Part shown: positions 37,523 through 48,571 of the stretch, in pieces
Position numbering within the stretch: the first letter of the stretch is position 1
How the letters are laid out: every line of letters starts with the position of its first letter
NCBI RefSeq assembly: GCF_000143415.4
Contig: NW_003314263.1
Span: 2,792,041 to 2,856,040 of the forward strand
Direction of reading: 5' to 3'
Source: Selaginella moellendorffii
Lineage: Eukaryota > Plantae > Lycopodiophyta
DNA: 64,000 bases
Made by a program: the position numbers and the translations under genes
Notes under the pieces: generated by a model
Told to the model about the DNA's origin: nothing
Databases searched by the model: none
What the model saw: only the letters and a program-made list of their open reading frames with translations

Positions 37523-37830
37523 GGTCATGACGGGCTGGATGGAGCGTTGTTGAGTCAACAGTCGTAACGTGTTTTTCACGTATTGTTTGAGATACATATG
37601 CTTGGAAGATAACTAGTCATCTGTTGCTGTTAGGTTGGCAAAGACTTCCAGTCTCTTGTCGAAATTGCATATGCTTGGAATGGTTGTTATTAATAAGTCT
37701 GATTATCTTGGATACTAACGACTTGTTAGTATTTTCATTGCTGATTAACATTGGATATAAGTTGGAGGCAGAGGTCCTTAGAAATTATCATTCTTCACTT
37801 CTGTTCTCTCTTACATTTGTGTTTTGCAAA

Positions 37831-39081
37831 ATGGCTCATCGGCAGCCCATCAGGGAGTTTTATCTTCCGAAGGTGCGTTGTTCCTTTCCTCTCAAAAACC
37901 ACCCGGCCTACGACAAAATCGCGGAATCAGTGAAGGCTTGGGCTCTTCAATGTGCTCGTCCAGAGTCGAAGCTCCAGAAGCAGATGCTGGTAAATGAGAA
38001 GTACGCTCTCCTGGCATGTGTGATGAATCCATATGGACTCAAGGAACGCGTCTCAGACATTGGTAAGTTCGTGGCGTGGTACTCAATTGTTGACAACTGC
38101 CTCGACGACGCGTCAAACACACAGTTCAGCATGGAATCCAGAAGGATCCAACAGGCTCATGACTTCTTCACGAAGCTGATGAAAATCATGACCAGCAGCA
38201 ACAGCAGCTCTAGTTTGGCCTCTGAGGAGAACGATTTGCTGCTTAACTCCCACGCAACCAGGTTCAGTTTCTTCTTCGCAGAATTGTGGAAGAGTTTCCA
38301 TAGGGGAATGACGGTGAAGCAGCAGGAACGATTTGCGGACACAGTAAAGCAGATGTGTGCGGCCAACATGAAGCAACTTCAACGTAGAGGTAAGAACAAA
38401 GAAAGACCGGTACAAAGTTTGGAAGAATACATTCAGCAAAGGAGGGCCTCGGCTGCCGCTTCGTCTCTGGTGGTGCTGCTCGAGTACGCCCTCAACATGG
38501 AGCTTCCAGACAGCCTGCTCAATAATCCCAAGTTCCAGCGCCTGCAGATGTGTGCGATGGACTTCGGGGGTTGGACGAACGACATTGGATCGTTCCGGAT
38601 GGAATACATGCAAGGGAGCTACGAGCACAGCCTGCCATGGGTGATCTGCGTGAACAGAGGGTGTTCTTTCCAGGAAGCAATGTTCGAAGCATGCGACATG
38701 ATTTCAGCCATGAATGACGAGTTCATGGAGCTCTACAGCGAGATAAGTGAGTGGCCCGAGGTCAAGGAGCTCCAGCTCACCCCTTACTTGGACACTCTGG
38801 GGGCTCATATGGTTGGGAACATGCACTGGACGTGGAGTACGGAACGCTACCATGGTAGAAACTGGTCACCACCCAAACAGTACCACGGTGTGGTCCGGAT
38901 GCTGCCAGATGCCACTATACTAGACCCAACTCCAGCTGCAGCACTGGGAATCCTTGGAGCTTCAAGGGGAAAATCCTCCAAAGTACTTGGCAAGGCTCGT
39001 GTGTCGTGGTCCCCTAGGAAACTCCTGATCAGCAAGACATCCATCAATCATCTCACCACCAGAATACAGATTTCAATCTAA
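37831..39081 (+). CDS. Microbial-type terpene synthase (MTPSL), intronless, 416 aa, apparently intact
   Basis: ATG at 37831 (MAHRQPIREF). Aspartate-rich motif variant VDNCLDD, EEYIQQRR, NSE/DTE motif WTNDIGSFRME and WTWSTERY. Single alpha domain of bacterial/fungal type. Confidence 0.93.
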   Translation: MAHRQPIREFYLPKVRCSFPLKNHPAYDKIAESVKAWALQCARPESKLQKQMLVNEKYALLACVMNPYGLKERVSDIGKFVAWYSIVDNCLDDASNTQFSMESRRIQQAHDFFTKLMKIMTSSNSSSSLASEENDLLLNSHATRFSFFFAELWKSFHRGMTVKQQERFADTVKQMCAANMKQLQRRGKNKERPVQSLEEYIQQRRASAAASSLVVLLEYALNMELPDSLLNNPKFQRLQMCAMDFGGWTNDIGSFRMEYMQGSYEHSLPWVICVNRGCSFQEAMFEACDMISAMNDEFMELYSEISEWPEVKELQLTPYLDTLGAHMVGNMHWTWSTERYHGRNWSPPKQYHGVVRMLPDATILDPTPAAALGILGASRGKSSKVLGKARVSWSPRKLLISKTSINHLTTRIQISI

Positions 39082-39360
39082 AAAAATATCAACAAAAACA
39101 TATATAACATTTGAATTACATATTAATTTATATAAAAATGTTTAAGTACACAATGTATGTTGCATTTATCTTGAAAGAAATCGGAAAAATAGATGAAAGA
39201 GTATTACAACGTAAAGAGAAAAAATTGCATTGCACAAACTTAATTATGACATGTCACAAAGTCATGACCAAAGACCCAACCCAAGACATAATCATAGGAT
39301 GACCCCTCTTTTACAATCGTCAACAAAAACTTTGCTTAAAACCCTAAATCTTCGCATTTG

Positions 39361-40243
39361 ATGTCAGAGGTTGCCCGATCGCGGAGGCTCCCTGTGCGGC
39401 GGCACAAGCAGACGATCGTTGATAAAGTGAGCTCGAACAGGGTGACACTGATTCTGGCTGAGACTGAATCAGCATTTTTCTTCATCGCAGCCCCTTGTTG
39501 CTCAACTGCTTGGATTTCTGCAGCGAAAAGCTCCTCAAATGTTGCTCGAGGATGGGTTCTCTCCGATTCTCTGTACGCAGCCGCGACGCCTTGCCGTGGT
39601 GTCTGTTGCCAAGATGGTGGCGGAGGAGCGAGGATGTGATCTAGGGGATGAAGTTGGATTTCATATTGGACAGTTGAACAAATCAAGTGCTAGGTACTGT
39701 CTGGTTCTTCATTTGATTGGCGAATGAAGGAAATGCATGTTGCAGGTCCAAAATCGTCTTCCAGACGGCTGGTGTTTTCCCAGAACAGCTTAAAGCTAGA
39801 GGGATTGCCGTAGCCTCTCGGTACAACGTCCTTATACTGGATGAAGTGCATGAGCAATCCGTTGAGTCGGACATGGTACTCTGCTGCGTGAAGCTCCTGA
39901 TGTTCAGGAACAAGAACATACGGTAGGCTACTGTCAAATAGCTCTTGGAACTGCAGTTTCAAATTTCCGTTTTACAGGTTGGTGCTTCTGTCTGCCAACA
40001 GCAGATTTGAAGCGCTACAAGTCATATTTCTCCGACTTGGGCGAGAAAGTCGAGAAGGTAGCTGTGTCAAATTTATCGAGTATCGTGCAACAGCAATTGT
40101 TTAGCTGCACTGTCAAGTACCTGGATCATGTATGTATGTTGTAACGTCTATTCAAACCTGCTGCTTAATGTGGTTTTCAGGTTGTCAATGTCCTCGGTAG
40201 CAGAGGCCTAATGAACTCATTGTTGCTAAACAGTGGCGTTTAA
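39361..40243 (+). pseudogene. DEAH/DExH-box RNA helicase 5' fragment (plant DExH8-like)
   Basis: [51 protein letters not shown] and LILDEVHE. Motif I is disrupted, there is a frameshift after LVLLSA, and the gene is truncated. Confidence 0.8.
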
Positions 40244-40262
40244 GTTTTTACGACATCTGATT

Positions 40263-41558
40263 TTAACCAGCAAGGTAGCAAAGGAATTCTAAGTCTTGCC
40301 TACTCGGAATGCTATGCAAAGTCTGGTAACTGATAAGCTCCGGTACTAATGTATTCATCTTCATTTTTGCAAACTTAATCTTTTTTCTGCAGGTATGTGC
40401 AATATGATTTTCACCGTATATGTGGTCACATACACTTCGAGCGACTGTCAATTCTTTACGACGCATCAAAAGAAGATTTCTCACAACAACAGTATGTGTA
40501 AGAGAAGGCAAATCTGATGCTCATATCCTTATTCTTCTTACAGGTTCTTTTTGACTAATCCAGTTGGAGAGGTTATACAAGTGCAGCAAGGCATTATTAG
40601 AACAAATTGTGTCGGCTGGTTAGATCGAACAAATGTTACTCAGGTGTGTATTGACATCAAAGTATTTTTGAAACTATAGCTGGAACCAGTCAGGAACCAG
40701 TACGCGTTTTCTTCCCAGTGGCTGTTTGGAAGAAAAACATTGGAAAGTCAACTTCAGCAGTTAGGTGTCTTTAAATCGTCGGAAACAATCCGGAGCAATT
40801 CAGCTTTTGATAAGCAGTTTAAAAACTATAAGTCCACCATCTGGCTTCCAGTTGGATGAAAAGAACTGATCAAAAGTTTGTTGATCAGTATGGGCAGACC
40901 ACGGGGATGAAATAAGCATGCAATATGCATTAAAAGGAGATTTTGTAGGGTGTGGCTCTAAGTTACCTGGTTGTGAGCTGTGATTTTATCTATTGCTGTA
41001 TAGATATGGGAAGCGTACTGTATTTGGCCTCATTCGTGATGGCTTCAACGCCCTTACTCGCTACTTCTTCAACAATTTTACAGACGGCATCAGACAGGTA
41101 CATGCATTTCCAACCCTCGAGTCACAACAATTTTTCGGAAAATGATAAAAATATAAAATGCACAGGACGCTATGAATCTTGTGGCGGGCCGCTACACTGT
41201 TGCTGAAAACAAGCCATTACCATTCAAGCTGAATGGATTGGAAGCGTTGGCTGTAAGTAGACGTCGTTGTTCAATGCTGATGCTCTAACAGATTTCTGAA
41301 TGTCACGCTTTCAGTATCTTCCGTTTGCCTCTGCTGTGATGCTCACCGGTATAACCATGACCACCGTATCGTTGCGTCAAGGTAAGCAAACCAAAACTCG
41401 ACCACAATACCAAAATGCTCTAACTTGGTTTGCATGACAGTCGGTCACGACATATTCCAGTTCTTCTACTCTGTGGTATGGGCTGGGATTACAGCCGGAA
41501 CAATCCCTCATCAAAGCAAATGGGCGCCAGTTTTGTAACAGTCTGTGGGTTGCTCTGA
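40263..41558 (+). pseudogene. SAC1-family (SAC6/7/8-like) phosphatase 3' half
   Basis: YVQYDFHRICGHIHFERLSILY, degenerate catalytic [37 protein letters not shown] and C-terminal TM segments. Several indels. Confidence 0.85.
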
Positions 41559-41650
41559 CTACCTCTCACCACTGTCAAAAACTTTCATGAATGTTTTGAA
41601 ATTAGGTCAAAAGTTGTGCCGAGATGCAAACTTGTAGTTGTCCAGGCTTT

Positions 41651-43392
41651 TTACTTGCACATGTAGCATTTTGTGAATATGCCGACTTGTTCACCTTGTC
41701 TTATGTAGGCTGCTATGCTGACCCATAATGCGAGTCCGCTCATCGCTGCCATCCAGATTATGATGCTCAGGTTGATGCTGAAGGTTGTTTCCCAGCTCAA
41801 TTTCGGAAAGGCAGGTTGGGGCACCTGGAGTAAGAATGAGAAATTGTGATGCAGGAATCAGTAAGAGGTTGAGTTGAGCATAACTTACACCACTCAAAGC
41901 TTTCTCCCAGAATATCACGATATAGGCAATGCAAGGAATGATGTATATGCTCCAGGCTCCGAATATGCCAGTAGGCGCTGAGACTTGAAGGAAAGGGAAT
42001 GCAAGAGCGGCTAACCAGATCGCTAGAAACACAGGTACTCTCAACAAAGATCTCCTTGTGAAGCTTGGTGAGTCTTGGACTTTGAAGAACTTCTCGCAGA
42101 ACATGTAGAGCGGCCAGCTCAGAATGCCAAACACGACGAACTGCAAATGACAGGTGATGAGGTCCATACCAAGCTGGAAACTATAAAAGCTTGCCTGGTG
42201 CAGAAGCAACATAACTATTGCAATGTCCCGAAACTTTGACTTTGGAAACAACTTCAAAGCAGACGGATGTGACAACGTCTGGTCGCCAAAGACTACATTA
42301 ACAGTCATGCTTGCTGGCATACTCACCATACAAACATAAATGATGCCGTAAAACCAGGGAGTTTTGAAGTCTTCCGGTTTCCACATTGCGTCCATGAGCT
42401 CTCTGGAAAACCAAAGTTAGATAAAACAAAATAAAAATGACGATGAACCGCTTCAATAAAATGCTTACACAGGTATCATCTCTGTTCCAACTGCCAGAAA
42501 ATTGCTGAGAGCACTAAAATATCCTATATAGCCACGGGGAGCAAGAGACATTTGAACATCTGAGACCTGCACGACAAAGATTATGATACTACTGAAAGAG
42601 AATTATATAGAGACACTTGCCTTTCCATGGAATAGTGCTGCAACCCCCAGATAACATGAAGTATAAACAGTTGCAATGACTCCCAGAAAAGACCAGGCTC
42701 TGTAGTTTTGAGCGGATGGCATAATAATGGACAGGGAGAAGAGGGCGCCAAATATCACAGTCCATGTTCTTTTTGGAAGTTGATCATTCATTTCGAAGAC
42801 AATACTGAAGTTATAATAAGGCAAAGTCTACAAAGAATTAAATCACTTACTTGCTACAGGCAGTAAGCTGAATAACACACACAGTGAATAGATACGGCAC
42901 CATCGAGACAAGAGTTGCCACACTCCACCATTTGCCTAGAAGCCCACCCAACACCTCATGCAGCTGCAAAGGAAACTAATCACCAATCCGAGACTCCGAG
43001 TAGAGTCTGAGCTAGAAGTGTAGTATGTAACCTGAGTATTGCGCTTTTGGTTGTGTTGGAGCGGAGGGTTTTGCTTCTTCTGATACGTCAGGTAGAGGAT
43101 GTTAATTATGTAAACTCCCCACCAGCCCATCAGCAAGTGGAGCACCTGAAATGCTATTGCGGAGGGCAGGCCTGCTTGTGCGTAAGAAAAGGGAATTGTG
43201 AGCAGAATTTGAGCGATCTGCCAGAAAACATGGAATGAATCCATTTGAAAGATCTAATTAAACTGGAGAAAGATAAACCTTGGTAGAGCCGATGTTGAGC
43301 CATGTGTCGAAGCTCGAGCCTCCATTCCAGAAGGCCGTAATGAGAAACTGCTGGCAGTCAAGTGCGTTGCCCCATCGTCTGAACAAATTCAT
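41651..43392 (-). CDS. Divergent AUX1/LAX-like permease (AAAP family), copy 3, intact, 8 exons, 442 aa
   Basis: Exons 43392-43279, 43217-43032, 42963-42851, 42804-42621, 42566-42469, 42402-42195, 42140-41889 and 41824-41651 splice without stops. FWNGGSSFDTW..K|IAQILLTIPFSYAQ, NDQLPKRTWTVIFGA, PSAQNYRAWSFLG, VELMDAMWKP and GIFTKCYMCK parallel AUX1 motifs. Introns 4 and 6 are GC-AG. Confidence 0.88.
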
Positions 43393-44584
43393 TGCAGCGA
43401 GATACTTCTCTCTAGTCTATACGAATGGAAAGATCACTGCGAAGTCACAATGATTTTTTCAAGAAAAAAGGTTATGTTGACAGTTTTTGTGTACAAATAT
43501 TAAAATAGCGTTTCCATTTCATAATTTGTCACATTCTTCATAGCTGGGGACCTCATTATGTGGTCCAATTCAAAAGGTCATTGTTGAGTCAATGTTGACA
43601 CTTGAGGTATTTAATTTAACTTTTTAATTTAAACATATCACTCAAAGTTATATACTAATTAGCTATTGCATAACTTTTTATATAATTTTCGTGTTTGGTG
43701 TGTAAAGCTTAGGGAGTTTTAAATGCTAAATATAAATTAATTTATGCAGTATGGCCATCCATTTTTCATCCTCGGGTTTAGCGATCAATCACAGACCATC
43801 TATTTAATTTGGTGTGGTGTTTTAACATAAATAGGCAACAACTTTTACTTCTAGCCTTAGTTCTACGGAAGTTGATGCAAGGCTACTTACAACAAATAAA
43901 TTCTATTTAGTACCTAATAAGCAACAAACTTTAAATAGTTATTAACTTTGTCATTTATGCATCTAGTTATTTGGCCCAAGAAATCCAGATACAGTGGCAA
44001 AAGCCAGAAAGATAATCATCTGTTTTGGGACTTTATCACTAACTTGTAAAATTGGTTGCAATGTTCTAGAATAAGGAGGTCCACTCCAGTGAGCATGACA
44101 AAGAAACCAATGTAATGGCTCTTGATGGATTGATGTCACTCTGTCATCTCTTGAGGAGGTCCAGAGCTGTGAAGACGTGGGAGCATAAGACAAACGACTG
44201 CTAGAAAAACAGGGGCAAAATCAGGCTGAAATATGGATGGATAAAAGAATGAAAACAAAGCCTGTGACTTGGAACAGCAAGGACTCCCAGTGTCAAGGTC
44301 GTTCTTTGACTCGAGGAGGTCATGACGAGCTAACGTTTTTTCCACGTATCGTTTGAGATACATATGCTTGGAAGATTACTAGTCATCTGTTACTGTTAGG
44401 TTGGTGAAGACTTCGAGGCTTTACTCAAATTTGCATATGCTTGGAATGGTTGTTATTAATAATTCTGATTACCTTGGATTATACTAACGACTTGTTGATT
44501 AACATTGGATATAAGTTGGAGGCAGAGGTCCTTAGAAATTATCATTCTTCACTTCTGTTCTCTCTTACATTTGTGTTCTGCAAA

Positions 44585-46410
44585 ATGGCTGATCGGCAGC
44601 CCATCAGGGAGTTTTATCTTCCGAAAGTGTGCTGTTCCTTTCCTCTCAAAAACCACCCAGCCTACGACGAAATCACGAAATCAGTGAACGCTTGGGCTCT
44701 TCAATGCGCTCGTCCAGAGTCGAAGCTCCAGAAGCAGATGCTGGTAAATGAGAAGTACGCTCTCCTGGCGTGTGTGATGAATCCATATGGACTCAAGGAA
44801 CGCGTTTCGGACATTGGTAAGTTCGTGGCATGGTACACAATTGTTGACAACTGCATCGACGACACATCAAACACACAGTTCAGCGTGGAATCCAAGACCG
44901 TCCAACAGGCTCATGACTTCTTCACGAAGCTGATAAAATTATGAGCAGTAGCAACAGCAGCTCTAGTTTGGCCTCTGAGGAGAACGATGTGGTGCTTAAC
45001 TCCCATGCAACCAGGTTCAGTTTCTTCTTCGCAGACTTGTGGAAGAGTTTCCGTAGGGGAATGACGGTGAAGCAGCAGGAAAGATTTGCGGACACAGTAA
45101 AGCAGACGTGTGCAGCCAACATGAAGCAACTTCAACGTAAAGGTAAGAACAAAGAAAGACCGGTATCAAGCTTGGAAGAATACATCGAGCAAAGGAGGGC
45201 CTCGGTTGCCGCTTTGCCTCTGCTGGTGCTGCTCGAGTACACCCTCAACATGGAGCTTTCAGACAGCCTGCTCAATAATCCCAAGTTCCAGCGCCTGCAG
45301 ATGTGTGCGATGGAGTCACTTCGGGGCCTGGACGAACGACATTGGATCGCTCCGGATGGAATACATGCAGGGGAGCTACGAGTGGGTGATCTGTGTGAAT
45401 AGGGGGTGTTCTTTCCAGGAAGCAATGTTCGAAGCATGCGACATGATTTCAGCCATGAACGACGAGTTCATGGAGCTCTACAGCGAGATAAGTGAGTGGC
45501 CCGAGGTCAAGGAGCTCCAGCTCACCCCTTCTGGGGGCTCATATGGTGGAGAACATGCACTGGACGTGGAGCACGGAACGCTACCATGGTAGAAACTGGT
45601 CACCGCCCAAAAAGTACCACGGTATCCTCCGGATGCCACTATACTGGACCCAGCTCCAGCTGCAGCACTGGGAATCCTTGGAGCCTCAAGGGGAAAACCC
45701 AGAGTGATAGAAATCAGAGAATCACAGCGGAAGTACTCAGCGCTTCATTGCTCTCAGGTATTTGTACAGAAACGAACAGACACAACCCTAGACCTGGCCA
45801 TATGAGTTGGCAAGAGTGATGCTCCAACACTCCCCCTCACTCGCAGCCAGCGAACAACAACAAGATCTTCTCTAATCTCTACTAGATCAGGAAATGCACT
45901 TGTTCTCCATCAAGAACTCCCCATGATCTTCTGGTCAATCGCCTTTGTCTCCAAGCCCATGCTAAGGCTTTCTGGATCACAGCCTCATGATCAGGCTTTT
46001 GCAGGTCAGCCTTATGTTCAGGCTTCTGCATCTCAGCCTCATGATCAGGCTTCTTTTCTGCCACACACCCTCAGTGACATAAACTGCGATTGCCAATCTC
46101 ACGTCTCTGCCACTCCATTGGCATTCTCACCGCTCTTTGTGCATCTGAAAAACAGGGAAAAGATCAAGTCTACTCTGCCATCACCTCTAGGCCTTTGCAG
46201 GGTTTCTTCTACATCTTTAGCATTTGCTTTTCAGCATTGCTTCTTTCTCCTCAGCTTTCTGCAGCTTCAGTTTCTCTTGCCTCCAATCACCATCTGGAGG
46301 TTCATCTTCCTCATTGCTCGTGTACTTGGCAAGGCTCGTGTATCGTGGTTCCCTAGGAAACTCCTGATCAGCAAGACATCCATCACTCTCACCATGTGCA
46401 ATACGGATTT
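44585..46410 (+). pseudogene. MTPSL copy 2 (pseudogene)
   Basis: Near-identical to copy 1, but with frameshifts at ~44938 and ~45315, deletions near 45530 and 45635, and an LTR-element insertion in the 3' tail. Confidence 0.9.
45705..46320 (-). mobile_element. Truncated small LTR element (125-bp LTR, PPT and short interior) in MTPSL copy 2
   Basis: On the minus strand, PPT AGGGGGAG (45830-45837) precedes TGTTGGAGC...TCTATCA (45829-45705). The interior has cagcctcatgatcaggctt repeats. MTPSL sequence resumes at ~46322. Confidence 0.65.
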
Positions 46411-46783
46411 CAATTTAAACAAATATCAACCAAAACATATAAGTAGACTATAGCTAAAAGAGAATATAAATCATACAACATATCAATTATTTAAAAATAT
46501 TTAAGTACATAAAGGAGTTGTTAGAATACATTTTTTTATTGAATACAGTTAGGATACTTCCGGTGAGTGACCATTGTTGCATTTATCTTTTAAACTTGAG
46601 AAGGAAGTCAGAAAAAAAGGTGAAAGAGTATTACAGCGAACAATTTGCATTGCACAGACTTACATTATGACATTGTCACAAAAACTACTCTTATACTTGA
46701 CAAAGGACAAAGTCATGACAAAGACCCAATAATCAGCTCTTTTACAATTGTCAAGGAAAAACTTAAAATCAGGTCAAATGGTT

Positions 46784-47142
46784 TCCTGATGTTCAGGAAC
46801 AAGAACATACGGTAGGCTACTGTCAAATAGCTCTTGGGACTACAGTTTCAAATTTCCGTTTTATAGGTTGGTGCTTATGTCTGCAACAGCGGATTTGAAG
46901 CGCTACGAGTCATATTTTTCCGACTTGGGCGAGAAAGTCGAAAAGGTCGCTGTGTCAAATCTATCGAGTATGGTGCAACAGCAATTGTTTAGCTGCACTG
47001 TCAATTACCTGGATCATGTGTGTTTGTTGTAACGTCTATTCAAACCTGCTGCTTAATGTGGTTTCAGGTTGTCAACGTCCTCGGAAGCAGAGGCGAGCAT
47101 CAAGGCCTAATGAACTCATTGTTGCTGAACAGTGGCGTTTAA
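46784..47142 (+). pseudogene. DExH helicase fragment, second copy
   Basis: Homologous to 39895-40243 (LMFRNKNIR|LVLMSATADLKRY...). Confidence 0.75.
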
Positions 47143-47149
47143 GTTTTTA

Positions 47150-48416
47150 GTTTAACCAGGTAGTGAGGGAATTCTAAGTCTTGCCTACTCGGAATGCTAT
47201 GCAAAGTCTGGTAAGTGATAAGCTCCGGTCATCTTCATTTTTGCAAACTTAATCTTTTTTTTGCAGGTATGCAATATAATTTTCACCGTATATGTGGTCA
47301 CATACACTTCGAGCGACTGTCAATTCTTTAAGACGAAATAAAGAAGATTTCTCACAACAACAGTATGTACGATAAGGCAAATCTGATGGTCATATCCTTA
47401 TTCTTCTTACAATTTCTTTTTGACTAATCCAGCTGGAGAGGTTATACAAGTGCAGCAAGGCAGTATTAGAACAATTGTGTTGACTACTGTTTAGATCGAA
47501 CAAATGTCACTCAGGTGTGTAGTTGTCAAGGTATTTTTTAAAGTACAGCTGGAACCAGTACGCGTTTTTTTCCCAGAGTCTGTTTGGAAGAAAAGCATTG
47601 GAAAGTCAACTTCAGCAGTTGGGTGTCTTTAAATCGTCGGAAACAATCCGGAGCAATTCGGCTTTCGATAATAAGTTCAAAAACTGTAAGTCCACCATCT
47701 GGCTTCCAGTTGGATGAAAAGAACTGATCAAAAGTTTGTTGATCAGTGTGGGCAGACCACGGGGATGAAATAAGTATGCAGTATTCAGGCACACCTGCAT
47801 TGAAAGGAGATTTCGTAAGGTGTGGCTCTAAGTTACCTGGTTGTGAGCTGTGATTTCATCTTATGCTGTATAGATATGGGAATCGTATTATATTTGGCCT
47901 TATTCGTGATGGCTTCAACGCCCTTACTCGCTACTTCAACAATTTTACAGACGGCATCAGACAGGTACATGCATTTCCAACCCTCAAGTCACAACAATTT
48001 TTCGAAAGATGATAAAAATATAAAATGCACAGATCTTGTGGCGGGCTGCTACACTGTTGCTGGAAACAAGCCATCACCATTCAAGCTGAATGGATTGGAG
48101 GCGTTGGCTGTAAATCTTTGTTCAATGCTGATTCAACAGATTCTTGACTGCCACGCTTGCAGCATCTTCCGTTTGCCTCTGCTGTGATGTTCACCGGTAT
48201 AACCATGACCACCGTATCGTTGAGTCAAGGTAAGCGAACCAAACCGCGATCACAATGCCAAAATGCTCTAAGTTCGTTTGCATGAGAGTCGGTCACGACA
48301 TATTCCAGTTCTTCTACTCTGTGGTGTGGGCTGGGATTACAGCCGGAACAATAGCCCTCATCAAAGCAAATGGACGCCAGTTGTGTAACAGACCTCGGCT
48401 CTGTGGGTTGCTTTGA
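47150..48416 (+). pseudogene. SAC phosphatase 3' half, further copy
   Basis: Homologous to 40263-41558: CLDRTNVTQ, SLFGRKALESQLQQLG, WADHGDEISMQYSGTPALKGDF, ...RPRLCGLL*. Confidence 0.85.
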
Positions 48417-48571
48417 CTACTTCTTACGATTGTCAAAAAATTTCATTAAAGTTTTGAAATTACGTCAAAAGTTTTGAAAGATTTAAACATAACCACCCTA
48501 GACGTCTCTCTACAACCGGCCATTGAAGGTGCCCAGTTGGAGTAGTCGTGGTGGCTTATCGTACATTTGAC

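Noticed and set aside
37624-37830. N-terminal extension of the MTPSL given by the ORF track
   Set aside because: It starts at a non-ATG codon in AT-rich promoter-like sequence. The first ATG shared by both copies is at 37831/44585.
37831-39081. Bacterial or fungal contamination, or very recent horizontal transfer
   Set aside because: The gene is embedded in and co-duplicated with spliced plant genes, and MTPSLs are an established family in non-seed plants.
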